A stretch of DNA of 64,000 nucleotides. Source: Candidatus Woesearchaeota archaeon (GTDB lineage Archaea; Nanobdellota; Nanobdellia; Woesearchaeales; GW2011-AR9). The stretch's first letter is position 1. Each line of letters starts with the position of its first letter. The translations under genes were made by a program, and so were the position numbers. The DNA lies in NCBI GenBank assembly GCA_018664115.1, contig JABJOX010000004.1, positions 10,089 to 74,088 on the forward strand, written 5' to 3'. Below the pieces are notes generated by a model. It was not told where the DNA came from. It made no database searches and worked only from the letters and a program-made list of their open reading frames with translations. Positions 27,701-35,146 of the stretch are shown in pieces.

Positions 27701-29343
27701 AAGAATGAACCATTTTCCATCACTAAATTTATCAGTTGATTATAAATGGGAAATAGTTCTTTATTTGTTTTTAAAATATAATTGATATTTTTGTTTTTTT
27801 CATAAAATGAGAAAAACTTGGCGATTTGTTTTTTATTTTCTTCGACTACCTTTTCCTGTTCACTTTTATTGATTAATTTAAACCCTTCATAATTCCAGCG
27901 TTTAATATCTTCTTGATCAAAATAAACGGTGTGGTGTTTATCTCTAACTTCTGTAAAGATTTTCCCAATAATACTGTTACCAATTTGTTCCGGGAACATT
28001 ATGTATCTTAATGTGTGACATTCCAATGATTGTAATGATGTTGTTCCACCCCAACCATGGTATAAACTTGTAAATAAAGGTTTAACTTGAAAGATAATTA
28101 TTTCATTATTATTATCAATTACGAATTCAATCTTTAACTCTACTCTTGGAATTAATTCTTCAATTTCTTTTACTGCAAAGAATATTTGTTCGGCTTCTGG
28201 AAATAATTGAAACTCTCCTTTGAGTTTTACTTCCTCTAGATTCGAAACATTAATTGTCCCTTTACTTTCTTCTGCGATTGTTTCATCATTTTTACTTAGA
28301 GATGTGTAACTATAATTGATGATATATTTATTAGGATTATTTTTAATCAGGGCTGAACCTACCAGTTTAATATTGTTTGTTTGATTTTGCACCAATACTT
28401 GATGGAAAGAACTTTCTGGCGCTTTATTTTTATAAGAAGCGATGGTTTCATTAATTGCTTCTTCTACCTGAAGATTATCTTTTGGCTCTACATCCAACAA
28501 ACTTTTAAAACAACCACTTAACGTTCTTTCAGTCTGTTCATCAATTACAGAACTCCTAACCACAATTTTTTCTGGAAATTCTTCTTTAATTTTTTCCAAT
28601 ATTTGTTTTTTATCATTTTTCCAATCATTAATGGTAAAAGAAAACAGTTTTTCTACCTTTGATTTAGTTAAAATGGGTTGGAGTGTTTTTAATGTATCTG
28701 CTTTAGTTGAAATGATGTTTTTGTTTTTCCATTCTTTAGCAAAGTTTTCTTTTGTTTCATTATCCTCTTTATTTTCTTTAATTACTGAAGCAAAATGTTT
28801 AATATCCTTAAACTTATCTTTGTTTTCTAATAAGTAATTTATAATTTTAAAATTTGATAATCGTGAATAATAAGGGTGTTGTAATAATTTTCCACCAATA
28901 CTTTTAATGTACTCTGCTCCTGGAATATCTCCCCAGTTATCACCATGAATCAGAATTATTTCTGCATCTGGATATTCTTCATGGATTTTTTGCAGATTAT
29001 CTGTGGGGTCTCGATGATATTGAACTAAAACTCGATCTACAACTTTTAAATTTTCAATTACTGCTTTCCTTTCTTTTAAGTTTGAGATGGGCTTAACCCT
29101 ATATTCTTCCACTGCTTCATCAGTAAAAACCCCTATAATGTTATAATCAGAGACAGACTTAGCAAATTGGATAGACTGCAAATGCCCATAATGAAATAAA
29201 TCTCCTACTACTCCCACATAAGAGATCCGTTTAATTCCCGACTTTTTAATTTCTACATAATCTCCCTCTTGCATTTCAGAATTTTTAGGGATAGTTACAC
29301 ATAACTGATCATTAGATTTATTTTTCCATACAACTCTTTTCAT
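24796..29343 (-). CDS. 1515-aa multidomain protein: AbrB-like + HxGH cytidylyltransferase + Cj1418-like ATP-grasp + helical domain + phosphohistidine domain + PPDK_N ATP-grasp + Cj1416/LicC-like NTP-transferase
   Basis: QLCVTIPK...[15 protein letters not shown]...HGDNW; [11 protein letters not shown]...IVVRSS...FQVKP; [24 protein letters not shown]; VGGKG...[18 protein letters not shown]...GESVVSG...[22 protein letters not shown]...[11 protein letters not shown]...EFD. Confidence 0.88.
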   Translation of the reverse strand: [1515 protein letters not shown]

Positions 29344-29355
29344 GATAAAAACCTC

Positions 29356-29372
29356 TACTAGTGAGACTAGTA
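29356..29372. promoter_or_regulatory. Perfect inverted repeat TACTAGT-N3-ACTAGTA (candidate operator)
   Basis: Lies between a minus-strand BRE/TATA (AAAGCTTATATA, about 29397-29408) and the GAGGT RBS (29351-29355) of the 1515-aa gene. Confidence 0.5.
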
Positions 29373-29432
29373 CAATTCATTTCTTTAAATAATTAATATA
29401 TAAGCTTTATTTAACAAAAGTATAGAACGGGT

Positions 29433-30320
29433 TCATTTATGTAACATATCAGCAAAAAATCCAAATAAAATGATTTGAATTCCTGTTAACATTAAAAGCA
29501 TACTTAAAATCACTCTGGGAATTCCACCAACGACTCCTGTAAGAATAAAAGTGATGGTGATGTAAATACCCAACAGAAATCCCAATAGAAAAAAAATCCC
29601 ACCAATCTGCCCAAAAAACTTTAATGGTTGATAATCACGATAAATCCTGAATATATTTATCCAAGCTTTAATTGCATACTGGAACGGATTATTAAATAAT
29701 CTACTTTCTCTGGTTTTTCTACAAACAATTGGTACTTCACAGATTTTAAAACCTTGTTTAGCTGCTTTAATAATTTGTTCTTGAGTATAAGTAAATGTAT
29801 TAATGTAATTTATGTCTCTGGCAACTTCTGCAGTAAATGCACGATAACCAGTTGTGGAATCAGTGATTTTAACTTTAGTTAAAGAACTAATCACTTTAGC
29901 AAAAGCCAGATTTCCAATCTTTTTGAGAAACGGCATATGTTTAATGTTTCTCTTAAATCTACTACCTAAAACAAGTTCATAACCAGATTTAACTTTTTCA
30001 ATCATTTCGGGAATATGTTGTGGATGATATTGTCCATCAGCATCAGTATGGACAATAATGTCTGCTTTTCTTTTTAGGCACTCTTGCATCTCTTTTTTGA
30101 AAGTTTCCGCTAAACCCAAATTTCTTCTGTTAGAAACCACTATTGCTCCATCTTTTTCTGCAACTTCTTTTGTTCTATCTTTAGAACCATCATTAAGAAT
30201 CAAGAATTCGTATTTATAATTCGTATTACTCATTACCTCTTTAATCTCTTCTAAAACACGAGGTAATGTTTTCTCTTCATTATATGCTGGTATGGAAATA
30301 ATTATTTTCATTGGTTTCAC
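29433..30320 (-). CDS. GT2 polyprenol-phosphate glycosyltransferase with two C-terminal TM helices
   Basis: IPAYNEE, NDGSKD, TDADGQY, GSRF, DSTTGYRA. Confidence 0.9.
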   Translation of the reverse strand: MKPMKIIISIPAYNEEKTLPRVLEEIKEVMSNTNYKYEFLILNDGSKDRTKEVAEKDGAIVVSNRRNLGLAETFKKEMQECLKRKADIIVHTDADGQYHPQHIPEMIEKVKSGYELVLGSRFKRNIKHMPFLKKIGNLAFAKVISSLTKVKITDSTTGYRAFTAEVARDINYINTFTYTQEQIIKAAKQGFKICEVPIVCRKTRESRLFNNPFQYAIKAWINIFRIYRDYQPLKFFGQIGGIFFLLGFLLGIYITITFILTGVVGGIPRVILSMLLMLTGIQIILFGFFADMLHK

Positions 30321-30366
30321 TTCTTACTCATTTTAATATTTGAATTATAAAGATATAGCTTTTTCA

Positions 30367-31803
30367 TTAGATACTTTCCTCATTGTGAGTGTGGGCTTTA
30401 ACAAGATTGTAAAGTAACATTGTAACCGTCATTGGTCCGACTCCTCCTGGAACAGGAGTAATAAACGAAGTTTTTTCTTTAACATTCTCAAAATCAACAT
30501 CTCCAACAATCTTACCTTCTTCTGTTCGGTTCATACCCACATCAATGATTATTGCTCCTTCTTTAACCATTTCTGCAGTGAGTAATTTTTCTTTACCTAC
30601 TGCAACAACAATTATGTCTGCAGTTTTAGTATGTTCAGCAATATCTTTAGTTCTACTATGGGCCATGGTTACAGTAGCATTTTTCATTAACATCAATTGA
30701 GCCATTGGTTTTCCGACAATATTACTTCTCCCAATAATAACAGCTTTTTTTCCTTCTAAATCGAGATTGTAGTGTTCAATCATTTTCATTATTCCGTAAG
30801 GTGTAGCAGGAATCATATCTTTCTCTTCATCAGACAATCCTAAGAAAATTTTGCCCATATTTATGGGATGAAAACCATCCACATCTTTTTTCGGATTAAT
30901 ACTATCAATCACTTTATTCTCATTAATTTGTTTTGGTAATGGTAATTGGACAATAAATCCGTCAACATTTTCATCTTTATTTAGCTTCTCAATCAAACCC
31001 AACAATTCACTTTCTTTTGTTTCTTCATTTAGTTTGTAATGTCGCGCTTTTACTCCAATCTTTTCAGCAGTTTTAAGTTTTTTTTTAATATAAATTTTAG
31101 ATGCCGAATTTTCTCCTACAGAAACAATTGCCAATGTTGGTTTGTCTTTTAGCTTTTTTACTTTTTCTTTAAGTTCTATTAATATTCTCTCAGATACTTC
31201 TTTTCCCGATAATAATGGTCTCATTTTATTTTCTTTTTTATTCTGATTAGTTTTAATAATCCTCTTTTCTGTTATAATATAATCCACCGGCACATCATGG
31301 CTTTTAACTTTTATGGAATCAACTATCTGGAAATCGTAAGCAATTCCCACTTTAATTCCTTTAAAATCTTTAAGAAATCGGTCATAATAGCCTAAACCAT
31401 GACCCAATCTATTTCCAGCTAAATCAAAAGCAACTCCAGGAACAAAAACAATGTCAACCTCTTCTTTATTAATCTCTAAACAATTTTTCTTTGGTTCCAT
31501 GATTTCAAATGCGCCTTCTTCCAAATCTTCACTTAAATTATTTATTTGATAGATTTTCATTGAAAAATCATCTTTATTTGTTTTTGGAAGAATTACTTTT
31601 TTTACTTGGAAATTTAATAACGAATTCATTAAACCATTCAAGTTAGCTTCATTTCCTTTTTGATAATAGAACATTGTTGAATTAGATTGATTGAAAAAAG
31701 AAAATGAGGATATTCTTTCTATAATCTGTTTACTTTTTAACATTACTTCTTCATCACTCATAGAATCTCTTTCTAACTTAATATTTTCTCTTAATTCTTT
31801 CAT
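30367..31803 (-). CDS. folD: Fusion: 5-formyltetrahydrofolate cyclo-ligase + FolD (methylene-THF dehydrogenase/cyclohydrolase)
   Basis: N-terminal VPGVAFD..GNRLGHGLGYYDRFL...HDVPVDYIITE; C-terminal YIKKK, VQLPLP, KDVDGFHP, GRSNIVGKP, TPVPGGVGPMT. Confidence 0.93.
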   Translation of the reverse strand: MKELRENIKLERDSMSDEEVMLKSKQIIERISSFSFFNQSNSTMFYYQKGNEANLNGLMNSLLNFQVKKVILPKTNKDDFSMKIYQINNLSEDLEEGAFEIMEPKKNCLEINKEEVDIVFVPGVAFDLAGNRLGHGLGYYDRFLKDFKGIKVGIAYDFQIVDSIKVKSHDVPVDYIITEKRIIKTNQNKKENKMRPLLSGKEVSERILIELKEKVKKLKDKPTLAIVSVGENSASKIYIKKKLKTAEKIGVKARHYKLNEETKESELLGLIEKLNKDENVDGFIVQLPLPKQINENKVIDSINPKKDVDGFHPINMGKIFLGLSDEEKDMIPATPYGIMKMIEHYNLDLEGKKAVIIGRSNIVGKPMAQLMLMKNATVTMAHSRTKDIAEHTKTADIIVVAVGKEKLLTAEMVKEGAIIIDVGMNRTEEGKIVGDVDFENVKEKTSFITPVPGGVGPMTVTMLLYNLVKAHTHNEESI

Positions 31804-31916
31804 TTTTAACTTAAACGAACAAAATCACTTTAAAAACTTATGATACATTAACTTTAATATATTAATCACTCTTCCAAAAAGTATATAAAATAAAAGATTA
31901 GGGTTTCTTTGAAGAA

Positions 31917-32693
31917 ATGGAAAAAGAAATAGAAAAAACAATAGAAAAAGAAATAGTGAAAGATATAGGGAAAGAAGTAGATCATTCAGAAATCGAAGTT
32001 TCAGTTATATTTCCTACCTATAACGAAGCAGAAAACATAATCCCATTAATTCAGAGAACACAACAAGCTTTAGTTAATCATTCTAAAGAAATTATTATTG
32101 TTGATGATAACAGTCCTGACCTTACCTGGAAAATTGCAGAAGATTTAAACTCTTTTGATGTAAAAGTAATTAGGAGATTAGAAGATCGAGGTTTAGTCAA
32201 ATCAATTTCAAATGCCATCAAAGAAGCAAAGGGTAAATATGTTGTTTGGATGGATGCCGATCAATCAATGCCTCCAGAATTAATTCCGCGAATGTTACAG
32301 AAATTTAATAATTATGATATTGTTGTTGGTTCAAGATATGCTAAAGGCGGTAAAGATAAACGGCCTTTGTTAAGGGTTGTATCAAGTAGATTTATCAACG
32401 TTTTTACTAATATCATCCTTAACTTTAATGTGTTGGATTATGATAGTGGTTTTATTGCTGCAAAAAAAGATCTTCTTGAAAATATCACTCTTTCTGATTC
32501 TGCTTATGGAGAGTATTGTATCGAGTTTCTTTATGCTGCAGGAAAGAAAGGTTACAAAATCAAAGAAGTAGGATATCCTTTTGTTGATAGAAGAGCCGGA
32601 CAATCAAAAACTGCTGATACTTTATCTGGCCTTTTCAAGTATGGGATGTTATATCTGAAAAGAATAATTGAACTGAGATTTAAAAAGATTTAA
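31917..32693 (+). CDS. GT2 dolichol/polyprenol-phosphate sugar synthase-like
   Basis: PTYNEAEN, VDDNSPDLT, MDAD.S.PP, GSRYAKGG, R.AGQSK. Confidence 0.9.
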   Translation: MEKEIEKTIEKEIVKDIGKEVDHSEIEVSVIFPTYNEAENIIPLIQRTQQALVNHSKEIIIVDDNSPDLTWKIAEDLNSFDVKVIRRLEDRGLVKSISNAIKEAKGKYVVWMDADQSMPPELIPRMLQKFNNYDIVVGSRYAKGGKDKRPLLRVVSSRFINVFTNIILNFNVLDYDSGFIAAKKDLLENITLSDSAYGEYCIEFLYAAGKKGYKIKEVGYPFVDRRAGQSKTADTLSGLFKYGMLYLKRIIELRFKKI

Positions 32694-32726
32694 TTTTTAC
32701 AAAAGTTATCATTTGATAAACAAAAG

Positions 32727-33575
32727 ATGAAAGATATTATCGTTTTCACTCAGAATACAATGGCTTCTATAGTGGCTACAAGAGAAGTCTTAATAAATAA
32801 TTCAGACAGAATCAAAGCAATTGTCCTTGCCAGTCAATTTAAAGGAGAATCATTTACTGATCAACTAAAAGTTGCCTATAAACTTACAAAAAAATCTTCG
32901 TTTAGTTTTTTCTTTTACAAGTTATTAGAATCAAAAGTTTATAACTATCTTTTGTGGGGTCATAAATTAATAAAAACAAAAAATTATCAAAATGATTCTG
33001 CTAAAACTATTGAAGATCTCGCGGGCCAATATAATATTCCTATCATTAAAACAACCAACCTTAGTGATAATGATTTCTTAATTAACATTAAAGAATTAAA
33101 TCCAACATTTGTACTTTGTTTAGTGGCACAAATTTTGAGAAAGAATGTTTTTGAAACTCTTGGCAATAAGTTAATTAATGCTCATGGTTCTTATCTCCCA
33201 GAATATAGGGGTGCCGCTCAATATTTCTGGTATTTATTTAATGGGGATCGGCAATATGGGGTGACTGTTCATTTTATGGAAGCTGGATTGGATACTGGAG
33301 ATATTATTTTTCAAAGAAAATTTGATTATAATCAAAATGTCTCGATGTATGAATTACATCATAAATTAGCTACTTCATTTGGTTTTATGTTAAATGAGTT
33401 TATCAATAATTATGCTAATGACAATGACGACGATCATAATAATGAACTGATCTCATTTAAACAAGATGAAGAAAAAGCTACGATGACTAGGATGCCCACC
33501 AAAGAAGATTTTAGTCAGTTAAAGAAAAAAGGAAACAAGTTAATAACTTTTAAAGATTTTTTTAAATATATATAA
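32727..33575 (+). CDS. N10-formyl-THF-dependent formyltransferase (probably sugar N-formyltransferase)
   Basis: INAHGSYLPEYRGA, GVTVHFMEAGLDTGDII; lacks the Fmt C-terminal domain; glycan-cluster context. Confidence 0.87.
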   Translation: MKDIIVFTQNTMASIVATREVLINNSDRIKAIVLASQFKGESFTDQLKVAYKLTKKSSFSFFFYKLLESKVYNYLLWGHKLIKTKNYQNDSAKTIEDLAGQYNIPIIKTTNLSDNDFLINIKELNPTFVLCLVAQILRKNVFETLGNKLINAHGSYLPEYRGAAQYFWYLFNGDRQYGVTVHFMEAGLDTGDIIFQRKFDYNQNVSMYELHHKLATSFGFMLNEFINNYANDNDDDHNNELISFKQDEEKATMTRMPTKEDFSQLKKKGNKLITFKDFFKYI

Positions 33576-33595
33576 TACATACAAAAAGGTGAACT

Positions 33596-35065
33596 ATGAA
33601 TTTGGAAAAAAATAAGAAAATTGTTTATTTGATTTTATTTCTAATTGTAATTTTAGGTGCCACCTTACGTTTTTATGATTTAAATACAGAATCTTTATGG
33701 ACAGATGAGATGGTTTCTTTGAACCACCTTAATAAAAATAGTCTTAAAGGGTTGGTTGATTCTGTTATTTACATGGAGTTAATGCCTCCCGGTTATTTTA
33801 TTATCTTAAAAGGATGGGTGGATATTTTTGGCAATACTGAATTTTCTTTAAGATTCTTATCTGCTTTTTTTGATAGTCTATCCATCATCTTAATTTATCT
33901 TTTTGGGGCAAGACTTTTTAATAAGAAAGTGGGCCTAATTAGTGCTTTAATTTTCTCAACAACAATGTTACAAATTGTCTATGCTCAAGAAGCAAGGCCT
34001 TATGCTTTATTTGGGTTTTTAGTTTTGCTTTCAACTTACTTGTTTGTTATTTTGTTCAAGAATCCTCTCAACAAAAGAAAGAAATTTTCTCTTCTGTTTG
34101 GCTATTCATTAGTAAATGCCTTACTACTATATACTAACTACATGGCTTTATTTGTAATTATTTTCCATTCTTTAATTTTATTTCTTTATTACAAGAAAAA
34201 CAAATCTTACCTGAGTTTAAAAAATCACTTTTCTTCGGCAATAATTTCAATCATTCTCTTTATTCCCGGATTGCAAATATTATTTATTCAAACAATGATT
34301 CGACATCCCAGTTTACAAGAAAGTTTAATTTTAAGGGGTGTACCAGTTTTCTTAAGTAACTTAGGTGTCGGTTTTTATTTACTCCCGTTAATTTTACTTT
34401 TATTATTTACGTTCATCATTTTCATTTTATTTAGAAAATATTCATTTAAAATGCCTAAAAATAAAACATTTATTTGGGTTACATTTATTTCTTTAGCACT
34501 TATTAGTATTGCTCATTTATTTTTAATAGATACCATCACAAGATCTTTTGCTTTAGTAAGACATTCTTTTTTTATTATTCCTTTTTTTTATATTGTAATT
34601 GCAAAAGCAATTAGTTTATTAAAATCAAAGAGAACTCAAACAACAATTGTTTTTTTAATCTTAATTTTTAACCTTTTTACTCTAACTATATATTACCATG
34701 AAACTACCAAAGCCCCCTGGGATAAAGCAGTAATCAAAATTAAAGAACATTCTTCAAGTAAACCTTTGATTTTATTTGATCGTTCTGGTTCTAACATTCT
34801 TTTGTTCGATTATTATTGGAATCATGAATTGTATAGTAAATATGACCAGATTAAGCTTACTTGGGAAAATAAAAGAGAACTAATGAAAATAGATGAGTCT
34901 CAACTATTTAATTTATTAAATCAGAAAAAAGAATTCTGGCTTGTTTCTTCAAGAAATATAAAAACTGGCGATTATTATGTTAATTTATTGAAAGATAAAT
35001 ATAACTTAATTTATTCGGAAAGTTATAAAGAATTAGATTTATATTATTACAATTCTATAATTTGA
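33596..35065 (+). CDS. GT-C membrane glycosyltransferase (GT39/GT83, ArnT/PMT-like)
   Basis: LRFYDL..ESLWTDE, PPGYF, EFSLR, YAQEARPYAL; many TM segments and a soluble C-terminal domain. Confidence 0.88.
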   Translation: MNLEKNKKIVYLILFLIVILGATLRFYDLNTESLWTDEMVSLNHLNKNSLKGLVDSVIYMELMPPGYFIILKGWVDIFGNTEFSLRFLSAFFDSLSIILIYLFGARLFNKKVGLISALIFSTTMLQIVYAQEARPYALFGFLVLLSTYLFVILFKNPLNKRKKFSLLFGYSLVNALLLYTNYMALFVIIFHSLILFLYYKKNKSYLSLKNHFSSAIISIILFIPGLQILFIQTMIRHPSLQESLILRGVPVFLSNLGVGFYLLPLILLLLFTFIIFILFRKYSFKMPKNKTFIWVTFISLALISIAHLFLIDTITRSFALVRHSFFIIPFFYIVIAKAISLLKSKRTQTTIVFLILIFNLFTLTIYYHETTKAPWDKAVIKIKEHSSSKPLILFDRSGSNILLFDYYWNHELYSKYDQIKLTWENKRELMKIDESQLFNLLNQKKEFWLVSSRNIKTGDYYVNLLKDKYNLIYSESYKELDLYYYNSII

Positions 35066-35146
35066 TTATTTCTTTTATATCTTCTAATTTAATTAACTTT
35101 ATATACTCTTAATAACATAGATTCATTTAATTTAAAAAAAGAAAAA

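Noticed and set aside
24796-29343. Housekeeping PEP synthase/PPDK or a phosphonate (PEP mutase) pathway
   Set aside because: No C-terminal PEP/pyruvate-binding barrel, and no PEP mutase or phosphonopyruvate decarboxylase recognised in the window.
31920-31980. GAAAAAGAAATAG-like repeats encoding EKEIEKTIEKEIVKDIGKEV
   Set aside because: Short imperfect low-complexity N-terminal tail; not a CRISPR or structured repeat.
32727-33575. Methionyl-tRNA formyltransferase (fmt)
   Set aside because: Archaea do not formylate initiator tRNA, the Fmt C-terminal domain is absent, and the context is glycan synthesis.
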